From NCBI RefSeq assembly GCF_003334305.1, contig NZ_QOWS01000023.1: 64,000 nucleotides of DNA. The stretch is one strand, 5' to 3'. Made by a program: the position numbers and the translations under genes. Numbering within the stretch: the stretch's first letter is position 1; each line of letters opens with the position of its first letter. The notes beneath the pieces were generated by a model. The model saw only the letters and a program-made list of their open reading frames with translations. It had not been told where the DNA came from and did not search any database. Shown here piece by piece: positions 1-16,292 of the stretch. The stretch comes from Escherichia coli. Its GTDB lineage: Bacteria > Pseudomonadota > Gammaproteobacteria > Enterobacterales > Enterobacteriaceae.

Positions 1-2
1 AG

Positions 3-60
3 TGGTGGCGCATTATAGGGAGTTATTCCGGCCTGACAAGAGGAAATTTAAAATAATTTT
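3..60 (-). promoter_or_regulatory. rrnA: rRNA operon P1 promoter (UP element, -35 TTGTCA, 16-bp spacer, -10 TATAAT, GCGC discriminator); transcript leaves the window at position 1
   Basis: Reverse complement of 1-60 reads AAAATTATTTTAAATTTCCTCTTGTCAGGCCGGAATAACTCCCTATAATGCGCCACCACT, the classic rrn P1 architecture; hemG is followed by rrnA in K-12 (from memory). Confidence 0.7.
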
Positions 61-88
61 CTGACCGCGCATTTTTTATTCTTTGTGC

Positions 89-634
89 TTATTTCAGCGT
101 CGGTTTGTCGGTTAAATGGGCGATTTCTCGGGCGAAATTCGCCACCTGCTCCCAATCGGTATAGACAACTTCTTTGCGCGTATCCGTTTCACCGCCTGAC
201 ATCTTCATAATCAGCTTGATCATAAAACGGTCGTACCAGCGATAACGTGGGTAACGCAGCGCCCCGGCAATGACCGCGCAGCGATCGGGACGCCATTGCG
301 AGTTCATCAGAAACTTCCGCGCGTAGCTGTTGGTCTGTGGAGTACGCTTCTCCGGTTTGCGCGCCACCAGGTTTACGGAATAAAAGGCGCTCGGCATCGA
401 ATTCAGTCGCGTCGCATGTTTTTTGACAAATTCCTGGAACGCAGAGTGGTAGTGACCATAGCGAATAGAAGCACCAATGACCACACGGTCATAATTTTCC
501 CATTGTGGTTCTTCAATGCGGTGCACATTGGCGACATCCGTCTGGATCCCCAGTTCTTTCAGTTCCGAAGCCAGGTAGGAGGCAATCTCGCGCGTTTGTC
601 CGTCCCTTGTTGAGAAAAGAATTAATGTTTTCAC
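89..634 (-). CDS. hemG: Protoporphyrinogen IX dehydrogenase, flavodoxin-like (181 aa)
   Basis: Full-length ORF recognised as HemG; 11 bp downstream of trkH as in the trkH-hemG operon. Confidence 0.93.
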   Translation of the reverse strand: MKTLILFSTRDGQTREIASYLASELKELGIQTDVANVHRIEEPQWENYDRVVIGASIRYGHYHSAFQEFVKKHATRLNSMPSAFYSVNLVARKPEKRTPQTNSYARKFLMNSQWRPDRCAVIAGALRYPRYRWYDRFMIKLIMKMSGGETDTRKEVVYTDWEQVANFAREIAHLTDKPTLK

Positions 635-645
635 GTATTACTCCA

Positions 646-2097
646 TCATTCACGCCAGAAAGTCGGGGTAAAGAGCACCAGCAATGTAAAGACCTCGAGA
701 CGACCAAACAGCATGTTGGCAATCAGGATCCATTTAGCCACCGGGTTCATACTGGTAAAGTTATCAGCAACCACGCCAAGCCCTGGCCCCAGGTTATTCA
801 ATGTCGCAACAACTGAGGCAAAGGCAGAAAAGTCATCCACGCCCGTGGCGATAATCGCCAGCATACTGACAATAAACACCAATGCATAGGCGGAGAAAAA
901 TCCCCAAACGGCTTCGAGGATACGTTCCGGCAGTGCGCGATTCCCCAGCTTAATGCTATAGACGGCGTTCGGATGCACCAGTCGTTTCAGCTCACGGTTC
1001 CCCTGCTTAAACAGCAGCAGGATGCGGATCACTTTCAGGCCACCGCCCGTTGACCCGGCACAACCGCCGATAAAAGCCGAACATAAAAGCAGTACCGGCA
1101 AAAAGAGCGGCCAGCGGGCAATGCTGTCAGTCGTAAACCCGGCGGTTGTCGCCATCGACACCACCTGGAAAAACGCCTGGTTAATTGTCATCAGCGCCGA
1201 ACTGTAGACATTATGAAACCACAGTACGAGGGTACAAATAACCACCAGCGTAAACTGTACGCCGATAAACATGCGAAATTCCGGATCGCGCCAATAAACC
1301 TTCAGACTACGCCCACTTAACAGTGAAAAGTGCAGACCGTAGTTACAGCCGGAGATCAGCAGGAAGATAGCAATGATAGTGTTAATAGTCGGGCTATCGA
1401 AATAACCGATACTGGCATCATGTGTCGAGAAGCCGCCAATAGCGATAGTCGCAAAGCTATGGCCGATGGCATCAAAGGCATCCATTCCGGCAAACCACAA
1501 CGCCAGCGCACAGGCGACGGTCAGCAAGACATAAATCAACCACAGGGTTTTCGCCGTTTCCGCAATTCGCGGGCGCATTTTGTTATCTTTCAGCGGGCCG
1601 GGCATTTCTGCGCGATAGAGCTGCATCCCACCCACGCCGAGGATAGGCAGTATCGCAACCGCTAACACGATGATCCCCATCCCGCCAAACCATTGCAGCA
1701 TCTGGCGATAAAAGAGGATGGCGTGAGGGAGCGAATCCAGCCCCACCAGCGTAGTGGCCCCGGTGGTGGTCAGGCCAGAGAAAGATTCAAAAAACGCATC
1801 GGTAATCGTGAGGTTCGGGCTTTCCGAGAAGATAAAAGGGAGCGCACCGACGCTACCCAGCACGGTCCAGAACAGCACCACTATCAGAAACCCCTCACGG
1901 GATTTAAGTTCGCCTTTCTCTTTGCGGTTCGGCCACCACAGCATAGAGCCAATGGCGAGGGCGACAAAAAAGGTCTGGGTAAAAGCGCGGCCCGCTCCAT
2001 CCCGGTAGATGAGTGCTACCAGCCCAGGGATAATCATGGTCCCTGAAAATAAGATGACCAGTAGTCCAACGATTCGGGTAATGGCGCGAAAATGCAT
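646..2097 (-). CDS. trkH: Potassium uptake protein TrkH (483 aa)
   Basis: Full-length polytopic membrane ORF recognised as TrkH. Confidence 0.95.
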   Translation of the reverse strand: MHFRAITRIVGLLVILFSGTMIIPGLVALIYRDGAGRAFTQTFFVALAIGSMLWWPNRKEKGELKSREGFLIVVLFWTVLGSVGALPFIFSESPNLTITDAFFESFSGLTTTGATTLVGLDSLPHAILFYRQMLQWFGGMGIIVLAVAILPILGVGGMQLYRAEMPGPLKDNKMRPRIAETAKTLWLIYVLLTVACALALWFAGMDAFDAIGHSFATIAIGGFSTHDASIGYFDSPTINTIIAIFLLISGCNYGLHFSLLSGRSLKVYWRDPEFRMFIGVQFTLVVICTLVLWFHNVYSSALMTINQAFFQVVSMATTAGFTTDSIARWPLFLPVLLLCSAFIGGCAGSTGGGLKVIRILLLFKQGNRELKRLVHPNAVYSIKLGNRALPERILEAVWGFFSAYALVFIVSMLAIIATGVDDFSAFASVVATLNNLGPGLGVVADNFTSMNPVAKWILIANMLFGRLEVFTLLVLFTPTFWRE

Positions 2098-2135
2098 CTC
2101 TGCCGCTTCCTTAGTTCTGCAAAACGAAGTGGGGA

Positions 2136-2753
2136 TTATTCTTCAATCGCTAACAATTGCAATGAACCACGGCTAAAATCCGCCAGCTTTGCGGAAAATT
2201 CAGCCACTTTCGCCGCCGGAAGCGCCACCCGCAGCAGAACGAATGCCTGATAATCACTGTTGATAATTTTGCCGTCACACTGCCCCAGCAACGCTTCAAT
2301 GCCGGTTAACTGATGATATTCACATTGCAAAGTATATTCGGTTAATGGCGTCTTGCGTTGGGTCGTTAGCTGGCGCAGCGCCTGATTCACGCCGCCGCCA
2401 TACGCTTTCACTAACCCACCGGTGCCAAGCAATATGCCGCCGTAGTAGCGCACTACCACAGCGGTAATTTCCCCGACGCCGCTGCCCATTAGCTGGGCGA
2501 GCATCGGTTTACCTGCCGTTCCCGCCGGCTCCCCGTCGTCAGAGAAACCCAGCTGTTGAGAATCATCCGGCGCACCCGCCACCCACGCCACGCAATGGTG
2601 GCGGGCATCGGGGTGTTCTGCCCGCACCGATTCAACAAACGCTTTCGCCGCCTCAACGCCATCGGTATGCGCCAACATCGTTATGAAGCGGCTCTTTTTG
2701 ATCTCTTCAACGACCGTGACCGGTGCCGCAGGAATTAACCAGCTTTCCATCAC
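2136..2753 (-). CDS. yigZ: IMPACT-family protein YigZ
   Basis: 205-aa ORF, 4-bp overlap with pepQ; conserved synteny. Confidence 0.85.
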
Positions 2754-4081
2754 GCCAGTTTCAGATCCCGGGTCATGTTTTCCACGTTGTTTTCGTGGAT
2801 CACCACGTTGTCTTCGATACGAATGCCGCCGAACGGTTTCAGTGCTTCAATTTTCTGCCAGTTGAAGTGCTTGCTGAACTGCCCTTCACGCCACGGTGCC
2901 AGCAGCGATTCAATGAAGTAGATACCCGGTTCGATGGTTAACACCATGCCCGGCTGGAGAATACGGGTGCAGCGCAGGTACGGATATTTTGCCGGTGCCG
3001 CGAGGTGCGTACCGCTATCATCCTGCATAAAACCGGCTACGTCATGCACCTGCAGGCCCAGCGGATGGCCAATACCGTGCGGCATAAACGGTCCGGTGAG
3101 ATCGTTTTCGACCATCGCTTCTTCACTCATATCGGTGATGATTTGATGTTTACGCAGCAGTTTGGCGATGCGCTGATGGAACTGGATGTGGTAATCCACA
3201 TAGCTGACGCCTGCTTTCATGGTAGCGATCAGCGCCAGTTGTTCATCATTTACGTCTTTCACCAGCTGTGCGTAGTCGTTGTCACTTTTTGCCGACCAGG
3301 TACGGGTCAGGTCAGCCGCATAGCCGTTATATTCGGCCCCGGCATCCAGCAGGAAGCTGCGCATCTCTTCCGGTGCCTGGTGGTCCAGTTTGGTGTAATG
3401 CAACACCGCAGCGTGTTCGTTGAGCGCCACAATGTTGCTGTAAGGTACGTCGGTATCACGATGACCGGTCGCGGTCAGATAGGCAATGTTGATATCGAAC
3501 TCGCTCATGCCAGAACGGAACGCTTCTTCTGCCGCGCGATGACCGTTGACCGCCATTTTCTGCGCTTCACGCATACAGGCCAGTTCGTACTCGGTTTTGA
3601 AGGAGCGGTAGTAATGCAGGTAGTCGATCACCCCTTTCGGGTTGATATTGCTGGCCTCAATACCCAGTTGCAGCGCACGTTCCGGCACCGGACCGATATA
3701 ACCGATATTCCCGCGCGCAGCAGGCAGCAGGCTACCAATGCCATCGGCTTTCGGCAGCGCGATCACTTCCACGTCTTCAGTCCAGAAAGAGGTCGGCAGC
3801 GGTTCGACGTTGTGCCAGTAATCAACCGGCAGATAGAACCACAGTTTCGGCTTGTTCACGCCATCCACCAGCAGCCAGCAGTTTGGCACCTGAGTTACCG
3901 GCACCCACGCTTTGAATTGCGGGTTCACTTTAAACGGATAGGGATGATCGTCGAGAAAAACGTTGAACAGTTCGCCGGAGTGAATAAGTAACGCATCCAG
4001 CTTGAAGCGCGCCAGCGCATCGCGAGTCCGTTCCTGTAAGGTAGCTATATGATTTTTATAGAGTGAGGCCAGTGATTCCAT
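2750..4081 (-). CDS. pepQ: Xaa-Pro dipeptidase (prolidase), 443 aa
   Basis: Full-length ORF recognised as PepQ (M24 peptidase). Confidence 0.93.
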
Positions 4082-4228
4082 TTTTTACCCTTCTGTTTTT
4101 TTGACCTTAAGTCTCCGCATCTTAGCACATCGTTCATCCAGAGCGTGATTTCTGCCGAGCGTGATCAGATCGGCATTTCTTTAATCTTTTATTTGCATAT
4201 TTTTAACACAAAATACACACTTCGATGC

Positions 4229-4245
4229 ATCTGGTACGACCAGAT
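4229..4245. promoter_or_regulatory. FadR operator upstream of fadB
   Basis: Perfect palindrome ATCTGGTACGACCAGAT ~25 bp upstream of the fadB ATG; matches the known fadB FadR operator (from memory). Confidence 0.8.
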
Positions 4246-4270
4246 CACCTTGCGGATTCAGGAGACTGAC

Positions 4271-6460
4271 ATGCTTTACAAAGGCGACACCCTGTACCTT
4301 GACTGGCTGGAAGATGGCATTGCCGAACTGGTATTTGATGCCCCAGGTTCAGTTAATAAACTCGACACTGCGACCGTCGCCAGCCTCGGCGAGGCCATCG
4401 GCGTGCTGGAACAGCAATCAGATCTAAAAGGGCTGCTGCTGCGTTCGAACAAAGCAGCCTTTATCGTCGGTGCTGATATCACCGAATTTTTGTCCCTGTT
4501 CCTCGTTCCTGAAGAACAGTTAAGTCAGTGGCTGCACTTTGCCAATAGCGTGTTTAATCGCCTGGAAGATCTGCCGGTGCCGACCATTGCTGCCGTCAAC
4601 GGCTATGCGCTGGGCGGTGGCTGCGAATGCGTGCTGGCGACCGATTATCGTCTGGCGACGCCGGATCTGCGCATCGGTCTGCCGGAAACCAAACTGGGCA
4701 TCATGCCGGGCTTTGGCGGTTCTGTACGTATGCCACGTATGCTGGGCGCTGACAGTGCGCTGGAAATCATTGCCGCCGGTAAAGATGTCGGCGCGGATCA
4801 GGCGCTGAAAATCGGTCTGGTGGATGGCGTAGTCAAAGCAGAAAAACTGGTTGAAGGCGCAAAGGCGGTTTTACGCCAGGCCATTAACGGCGACCTCGAC
4901 TGGAAAGCAAAACGTCAGCCGAAGCTGGAACCACTAAAACTGAGCAAGATTGAAGCCACCATGAGCTTCACCATCGCTAAAGGGATGGTCGCACAAACAG
5001 CGGGGAAACATTATCCGGCCCCCATCACCGCAGTAAAAACCATTGAAGCTGCGGCCCGTTTTGGTCGTGAAGAAGCCTTAAACCTGGAAAACAAAAGTTT
5101 TGTCCCGCTGGCGCATACCAACGAAGCCCGCGCACTGGTCGGCATTTTCCTTAACGATCAATATGTAAAAGGCAAAGCGAAGAAACTCACCAAAGACGTT
5201 GAAACCCCGAAACAGGCCGCGGTGCTGGGTGCAGGCATTATGGGCGGCGGCATCGCTTACCAGTCTGCGTGGAAAGGCGTGCCGGTTGTCATGAAAGATA
5301 TCAACGACAAGTCGTTAACCCTCGGCATGACCGAAGCCGCGAAACTGCTGAACAAGCAGCTTGAGCGCGGCAAGATCGATGGTCTGAAACTGGCTGGCGT
5401 GATCTCCACAATCCACCCAACGCTCGACTACGCCGGGTTTGACCGCGTGGATGTTGTGGTAGAAGCGGTTGTCGAAAACCCAAAAGTGAAAAAAGCCGTA
5501 CTGGCAGAAACCGAGCAGAAAGTACGCCCGAATACCGTGCTGGCGTCTAACACTTCAACCATTCCTATCAGCGAACTGGCCAACGCGCTGGAACGTCCAG
5601 AAAACTTCTGCGGGATGCACTTCTTTAACCCGGTCCACCGAATGCCGTTGGTAGAAATAATTCGCGGCGAGAAAAGCTCCGACGAAACCATCGCGAAAGT
5701 CGTCGCCTGGGCGAGCAAGATGGGCAAAACGCCGATTGTGGTTAACGACTGCCCCGGCTTCTTCGTTAACCGCGTGCTGTTCCCGTATTTCGCCGGTTTC
5801 AGCCAGCTGCTGCGCGACGGCGCGGATTTCCGCAAGATCGACAAAGTGATGGAAAAACAGTTTGGCTGGCCTATGGGTCCGGCATATCTGCTGGATGTCG
5901 TGGGCATTGATACCGCGCATCACGCTCAGGCTGTCATGGCAGCAGGCTTCCCGCAGCGGATGCAGAAAGATTACCGCGATGCCATCGACGCGCTGTTTGA
6001 TGCCAACCGCTTTGGTCAGAAGAACGGCCTCGGTTTCTGGCGTTATAAAGAAGACAGCAAAGGTAAGCCGAAGAAAGAAGAAGACGCCGCCGTTGAAGAC
6101 CTGCTGGCAGAAGTGAGCCAGCCGAAGCGCGATTTCAGCGAAGAAGAGATTATCGCCCGCATGATGATCCCGATGGTCAACGAAGTGGTGCGCTGTCTGG
6201 AGGAAGGCATTATCGCCACTCCGGCGGAAGCGGATATGGCGCTGGTCTACGGCCTGGGCTTCCCTCCGTTCCACGGCGGCGCGTTCCGCTGGCTGGACAC
6301 CCTCGGTAGCGCAAAATACCTCGATATGGCACAGCAATATCAGCACCTCGGCCCGCTGTATGAAGTGCCGGAAGGTCTGCGTAATAAAGCGCGTCATAAC
6401 GAACCGTACTATCCTCCGGTTGAGCCAGCCCGTCCGGTTGGCGACCTGAAAACGGCTTAA
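4271..6460 (+). CDS. fadB: Fatty-acid oxidation complex alpha subunit (enoyl-CoA hydratase / 3-hydroxyacyl-CoA dehydrogenase), 729 aa
   Basis: ORF track 4145-6460; start placed at in-frame ATG 4271 ([16 protein letters not shown]...) downstream of the FadR operator. Confidence 0.95.
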   Translation: MLYKGDTLYLDWLEDGIAELVFDAPGSVNKLDTATVASLGEAIGVLEQQSDLKGLLLRSNKAAFIVGADITEFLSLFLVPEEQLSQWLHFANSVFNRLEDLPVPTIAAVNGYALGGGCECVLATDYRLATPDLRIGLPETKLGIMPGFGGSVRMPRMLGADSALEIIAAGKDVGADQALKIGLVDGVVKAEKLVEGAKAVLRQAINGDLDWKAKRQPKLEPLKLSKIEATMSFTIAKGMVAQTAGKHYPAPITAVKTIEAAARFGREEALNLENKSFVPLAHTNEARALVGIFLNDQYVKGKAKKLTKDVETPKQAAVLGAGIMGGGIAYQSAWKGVPVVMKDINDKSLTLGMTEAAKLLNKQLERGKIDGLKLAGVISTIHPTLDYAGFDRVDVVVEAVVENPKVKKAVLAETEQKVRPNTVLASNTSTIPISELANALERPENFCGMHFFNPVHRMPLVEIIRGEKSSDETIAKVVAWASKMGKTPIVVNDCPGFFVNRVLFPYFAGFSQLLRDGADFRKIDKVMEKQFGWPMGPAYLLDVVGIDTAHHAQAVMAAGFPQRMQKDYRDAIDALFDANRFGQKNGLGFWRYKEDSKGKPKKEEDAAVEDLLAEVSQPKRDFSEEEIIARMMIPMVNEVVRCLEEGIIATPAEADMALVYGLGFPPFHGGAFRWLDTLGSAKYLDMAQQYQHLGPLYEVPEGLRNKARHNEPYYPPVEPARPVGDLKTA

Positions 6461-7633
<1,173 letters not shown>

Positions 7634-7639
7634 CCACTT

Positions 7640-7760
7640 GCCGGATGCGGCGTGAACGCCTTATCCGGTCTACCGATCCGGCACCAATGTAGGCCTGATA
7701 AGACGCGCCAGCGTCGCATCAGGCATCGTGTGCCGAATGCCGGATGCGACATAGATCTAA
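7640..7760. repeat. REP/BIME cluster (several REP palindromes)
   Basis: GCCGGATGCGGCGTGAACGCCTTATCCGG-type imperfect palindromes between fadA and fre. Confidence 0.8.
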
Positions 7761-7793
7761 ATGCCACTGAATAAAGTTTTAGTTGCCGTTCTT

Positions 7794-7819
7794 CCCGCCT
7801 GTCAGGGGCGGGTTTTTTT
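7794..7819 (+). terminator. Rho-independent terminator of the fadBA operon
   Basis: CCCGCC-TGTCAG-GGGCGG hairpin followed by GTTTTTTTA. Confidence 0.8.
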
Positions 7820-7824
7820 ATATC

Positions 7825-8526
7825 TCAGATAAATGCAAACGCATCGCCAAACAGGCGATCTTCCCGCGCATTACGCTCACTGCAAAACAGATCGCGGGCA
7901 ATTTTCGCCATCTCAAAACGTCCGGCAATATAGATATCATGCTCTGCCAGCGTACCGTGATCCTGCAATACCGCCGTTAACACGGTGCCAGTACGCCCAC
8001 GCCAGCCCGCTTCCGGTTGTTCAACCACCGGCACCACTTGCAGACCAGGATGCTTCAACGAAAGCGCCTCAAGCTCGCAGAGATCATACAGATGCTGCTC
8101 TTCACGCCCGCCCCAGTAAATGGTGATATCACGGTTTGGGTTACGCGCCAACGCTGTCAGCAAAATCGAGCGGGCATAAGAGAACCCGGTGCCGCCCGCA
8201 ATCAAAATCATCGGACGCTCTTCATCATCGCGCAGCCACGCTTCTCCGTGGGGAATATCGACCACGATTTGATGATCTTTGAGGATGCGGTCCATGACTG
8301 CTTTCGCGTAAAGGTTGATTTCAGAAGCGCCAATATGCAGCTCGATAAACCCTTTTTCATCCGGCGTCGAAGCCATTGAGAACGGACGTTTGTCGCGCTC
8401 ATCCATCACTACCATCAAATACTGACCAGCGCGAAAAGAAAAGGCCGCATCTGGCACGATGCGGACACGATATACGGTATCCGTGATAGCTTCTACCGAG
8501 GTCACTTTACAGCTTAAGGTTGTCAT
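7825..8526 (-). CDS. fre: NAD(P)H-flavin reductase, 233 aa
   Basis: ORF track 7825-8559; start placed at the internal ATG giving [14 protein letters not shown]... Confidence 0.9.
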
Positions 8527-8571
8527 GCGCTTTCTCTGTCGGATCGATAAATAGGGCAAAACAAACGCGCA

Positions 8572-10065
8572 TCAGGCGCTTTTACCGTTGTTAAAAATAG
8601 CCAGTTCATCCCAGATGGCGTCAATATGCGCGACAACATCTGGATCTTTTTTGATGGGACGTCCCCATTCACGCTGGGTTTCCCCCGGCCATTTATTCGT
8701 GGCATCCAGCCCCATTTTTGAACCCAGCCCGGAGACAGGCGAGGCAAAATCCAGATAATCAATAGGCGTATTTTCTACCAGAACAGTATCCCGCGCCGGG
8801 TCCATACGGGTGGTAATCGCCCAAATCACATCGTTCCAGTCGCGTGCGTTGACGTCATCATCGCAAACGATCACAAATTTAGTGTACATAAACTGGCGTA
8901 AGAACGACCAGACGCCCATCATGACGCGCTTCGCGTGTCCGGCGTACTGTTTTTTGATCGTCACTACCGCCAGACGATAAGAACAGCCTTCCGGCGGCAG
9001 GTAAAAATCGACAATTTCCGGGAACTGTTTTTGCAGAATCGGCACAAACACTTCGTTCAGTGCGACACCCAGCACCGCGGGTTCATCCGGCGGACGACCA
9101 GTATAGGTGGAGTGGTAAATCGCATCTTCACGCTGGGTAATATGCGTCACGGTAAATACCGGGAAACTATCGACTTCGTTATAGTAACCGGTGTGGTCGC
9201 CATACGGCCCTTCCGGCGCCGTTTCACCTTGTTCGATATACCCTTCCAGCACAATCTCCGCACTGGCGGGCACTTCAAGGTCATTGGAGATACACTTCAC
9301 CACTTCGGTCTTGGTACCGCGCAGCAATCCGGCAAACGCATACTCTGAAAGTGTATCCGGAACGGGGGTGACTGCACCGAGAATCGTGGCGGGATCGGCA
9401 CCCAGCGCCACAGAAACCGGGAAACGTTCGCCCGGATGCGCCGCACACCACTCCTGATAATCCAGCGCGCCGCCGCGATGCGACAGCCAGCGCATAATCA
9501 GTTTGTTTTTACCAATCAGCTGCTGGCGATAAATGCCCAGATTCTGCCGCTCTTTATGCGGGCCGCGCGTCACTGTCAGCCCCCAGGTAATCAGCGGCGC
9601 GGCATCTTCCGGCCAGCAGGTCATAATGGGAATGCGATTGAGATCGACGTCATCGCCAGAGACGATTTTTTGTTGGCAGGGCGCACCACGCAGCCGCTTT
9701 GTCGGCATGTTCAATACTTGCTTAAACTGCGGCAGTTTATCAAACAGGTCGCGGAAACCTTTTGGCGGCTCCGGCTCTTTCAGAAACGCCAATAATTTAC
9801 CAACTTCACGCAGCGCCGAAACATCTTCCTGCCCCATGCCCATCGCCACGCGCTTTGGCGTACCGAACAGGTTGCACAGCACCGGCATTGAGTAGCCTTT
9901 AGGGTTTTCGAACAACAGCGCAGGCCCACCGGCACGCAAAGTGCGGTCAGCAATTTCAGTGATTTCCAGATGCGGATCCACCGGGAGCGTGATACGTTTT
10001 AGCTCACCCTGCTGTTCAAGCAGCGTCAAGAAGTCGCGTAAATCGTTATATTTCATGGCGTCCAT
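8572..10065 (-). CDS. ubiD: 4-hydroxy-3-polyprenylbenzoate decarboxylase, 497 aa
   Basis: Full-length ORF recognised as UbiD. Confidence 0.95.
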   Translation of the reverse strand: MDAMKYNDLRDFLTLLEQQGELKRITLPVDPHLEITEIADRTLRAGGPALLFENPKGYSMPVLCNLFGTPKRVAMGMGQEDVSALREVGKLLAFLKEPEPPKGFRDLFDKLPQFKQVLNMPTKRLRGAPCQQKIVSGDDVDLNRIPIMTCWPEDAAPLITWGLTVTRGPHKERQNLGIYRQQLIGKNKLIMRWLSHRGGALDYQEWCAAHPGERFPVSVALGADPATILGAVTPVPDTLSEYAFAGLLRGTKTEVVKCISNDLEVPASAEIVLEGYIEQGETAPEGPYGDHTGYYNEVDSFPVFTVTHITQREDAIYHSTYTGRPPDEPAVLGVALNEVFVPILQKQFPEIVDFYLPPEGCSYRLAVVTIKKQYAGHAKRVMMGVWSFLRQFMYTKFVIVCDDDVNARDWNDVIWAITTRMDPARDTVLVENTPIDYLDFASPVSGLGSKMGLDATNKWPGETQREWGRPIKKDPDVVAHIDAIWDELAIFNNGKSA

Positions 10066-10186
10066 TGTAGCCTCTTAATCTACGCCCATTATACGGCGTT
10101 CATCTTTGCGATGCTGTAAATTTGTTAAATTAGCGTGAACTCTGACGGTATAACGCAAACCGGGGAATATAATTAACTTAGCGTAA

Positions 10187-11499
<1,313 letters not shown>

Positions 11500-11540
11500 C
11501 CTGTACTCCATATGACAACCGCCCTGACGGGCGGTTGAAT

Positions 11541-12317
11541 TTATTCTTCAGTTTTTTCGCTTTCTGCTTCAGCGTCGTTTTCCTCTTCCCGATTTCGCCC
11601 TTTACCAACGTAAAAGCGTGAGAAGAAGACACCGATTTCAAACAGACAGTACATCGGGATCGCCAACAGCGTTTGCGAGAAGACATCCGGCGGTGTCAGC
11701 AGCATCCCGACAACGAATGCACCAACCAGCACATACGGGCGTTTTTTGCGTAAGTCTTCTGGCGAGGTAATCCCCATCCAGCACAGCAGCACAATTGCCA
11801 CAGGCACTTCAAAGGAGACACCAAACGCCATAAACAACGCCATAACGAAGCTTAAATAGCTGGCGATGTCGGTGGATACCTGTACCCCTTCCGGCGCGGT
11901 ATTGGCAAGGAAGCCAAATGCCAGCGGAAAGACCACAAAGTAGGCGAACGCCATGCCGATATAAAACAGCAGCGAGCTGGAAACCAGCAGCGGCACCACC
12001 AGGCGACGTTCATGCTTATACAGCGCTGGGGCGATAAATGCCCACACCTGATAGAGAATCACCGGCGCTGACAGAATCAGCGACACCATAAAGGTCAGCT
12101 TGATCGGCGTAAAGAACGGCGAGGCCACGTCGGTGGCGATCATCGTTGAACCTTGCGGCAACTGCTTGATCAATGGCGCGGATACCAGGTGATAGATGTC
12201 ATTGGCGAAATAGACCAGACACAGGAATATCACGATCACCGCGATAATGCAGTTCAGCAGACGCTTACGCAGCTCAATTAGATGCGTGATAAGCGGTTGA
12301 GTATCTTCTACAGACAT
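11541..12317 (-). CDS. tatC: Twin-arginine translocase subunit TatC, 258 aa
   Basis: Full-length polytopic ORF recognised as TatC. Confidence 0.95.
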
Positions 12318-12319
12318 GT

Positions 12320-12835
12320 TTACGGTTTATCACTCGACGAAGGGGAAGGTGCAGCGGTTTTCGGTTCAGCGTCCGCAGCAGGTTTTACCACCGGCTCTGG
12401 CGTGGTTTCTGGCTTCTGTTCCGGCGAACTGGCCTGCGTTTGTGCAGCGGCAGGCGTTACGCCCTCATGCGCAGCTTCATTATCTTTCACCACCGGGTTA
12501 TGGATGGTGTGCGCTTCATCGCTCGCCTTTTCAGGATCGTTTGCAACGTAGGAACGCTTCATCGACTCCGCGGCCTGGCGTAGTTCATCCATCGACGCTT
12601 TCAGTTCGGGCGTCAGGTTAGTGAGGCTCGCCTTTTCAACCTTTTTCAGACTGTCCTGAAACTCCTGGAGTTTTAACTCCTGGGTCAGTTCGTTCTGCAC
12701 CGTTGTCGCCAGTGAACGCAACGCGCGAATCCAGCCCGCTACCGTTTTTACCGCCACAGGCAGTCGTTGCGGCCCCAGAACGACGAGGCCGATGATGAAC
12801 ACCAATAGCAGTTCGCTAAAACCGATATCAAACAC
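12320..12835 (-). CDS. tatB: Twin-arginine translocase subunit TatB, 171 aa
   Basis: [26 protein letters not shown]... N-terminus. Confidence 0.95.
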
Positions 12836-12838
12836 GGA

Positions 12839-13108
12839 TTACACCTGCTCTTTATCGTGGCGCTTCGCGTCTTCTGTTTTAGCCTGTTCCTGATTCGTAT
12901 CCGCCTGCTTATCGGCGATAGTTTTCGCAGTAAAATCAGCATCCTGACTGGTTTTATCCTGCTTTGGTTCATCATCGCTCATTGCTTTTTTAAAGCCTTT
13001 GATCGACGCACCAAGATCGGAACCGATGGAGCCGAGCTTTTTGGTGCCAAAAAGCAGTACAACGATGACGGCAATAATCAATAACTGCCAAATACTGATA
13101 CCACCCAT
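12839..13108 (-). CDS. tatA: Twin-arginine translocase subunit TatA, 89 aa
   Basis: ORF track 12839-13150; start placed at internal ATG giving [27 protein letters not shown]... Confidence 0.93.
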   Translation of the reverse strand: MGGISIWQLLIIAVIVVLLFGTKKLGSIGSDLGASIKGFKKAMSDDEPKQDKTSQDADFTAKTIADKQADTNQEQAKTEDAKRHDKEQV

Positions 13109-13186
13109 ACATGTTCCTCTGTGGTAGATGATGATTAAACAAAGCCGCATTATACGTTACACGGCCCGCCTTGAGCGATGAAAAAA

Positions 13187-15429
<2,243 letters not shown>

Positions 15430-15442
15430 TTCCGGTCTCCTG

Positions 15443-16198
15443 TCAGAACTTATAACCACGATGCAGCGCCACAACCCCCGCCGTCAGATTGTAGTAGTCG
15501 ACACTTTCGAATCCGGCATCCTGCATCATGGCTTTCAGGGTATCCTGATCGGGATGCATACGGATGGATTCTGCCAGATAACGGTAGCTGTCGGCGTCGT
15601 TCGCGACCAGTGAGCCAATACGCGGCAGCACATGGAAGGAGTATGCATCATAGGCTTTGCTCAGCGGCTCGATAATTGGCTTCGAGAACTCAAGCACCAG
15701 CAGGCGGCCGCCGGGTTTCAGCACGCGATACATTGAACGCAGTGCTTTATCTTTGTCGGTGACGTTACGCAGACCAAACGAAATGGTGATGCAATCAAAG
15801 GTGTTATCCGGGAACGGCAGCGCCTCAGCGTTCGCCTGAACATACTCAACGTTGCCAATCACACCGATATTACGCAGCTTCTCGCGTCCCATTTTGAGCA
15901 TGGATTCATTGATATCAGCAAGGACCACTTTGCCAGTTTCTCCGACCAGGCGGGAGAATTTCGCTGTCAGGTCGCCGGTGCCACCAGCCAGATCCAGCAC
16001 GGTCTGCCCACGGCGTACGCCGCTGCAATCAATCGTGAATCGCTTCCACAAACGATGAATACCAAATGACATCAAATCATTCATGACATCGTATTTTGAT
16101 GCCACGGAATGGAAAACGTGGGCGACCATATCCGCTTTTTGTTCCTTCGCGACGGTCTGAAAACCAAAGTGCGTCGTTTCTTGTGACTTATCCACCAT
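15443..16198 (-). CDS. ubiE: Ubiquinone/menaquinone C-methyltransferase, 251 aa
   Basis: SAM-methyltransferase motif [10 protein letters not shown]; full-length. Confidence 0.95.
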
Positions 16199-16292
16199 CT
16201 CAATGCCTGCTCATCAAAAAATTGTTCCAGAAGTGTAACAGATTGGGCGTCGATGCCCTAGATTTCTACCCGGCTTAACTACCCCTAATGGG

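Noticed and set aside
3005-3991. 328-aa plus-strand ORF
   Set aside because: Lies entirely antisense within pepQ; typical GC-rich antisense frame with no independent support.
4145-4270. N-terminal extension of the fadB ORF
   Set aside because: The extension has no start-codon support and would run through the FadR operator and promoter; the ATG at 4271 gives the canonical [13 protein letters not shown]-terminus.
5555-6397. 280-aa minus-strand ORF
   Set aside because: Antisense within fadB; no start context; fadB is clearly the real gene.
7640-7760. REP palindromes (also at 26503, 36444, 54590) as possible CRISPR repeats, tRNAs or insertion-sequence ends
   Set aside because: Sequence and spacing match ordinary E. 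coli REP/BIME elements at convergent gene ends; no cas genes or transposase are nearby.
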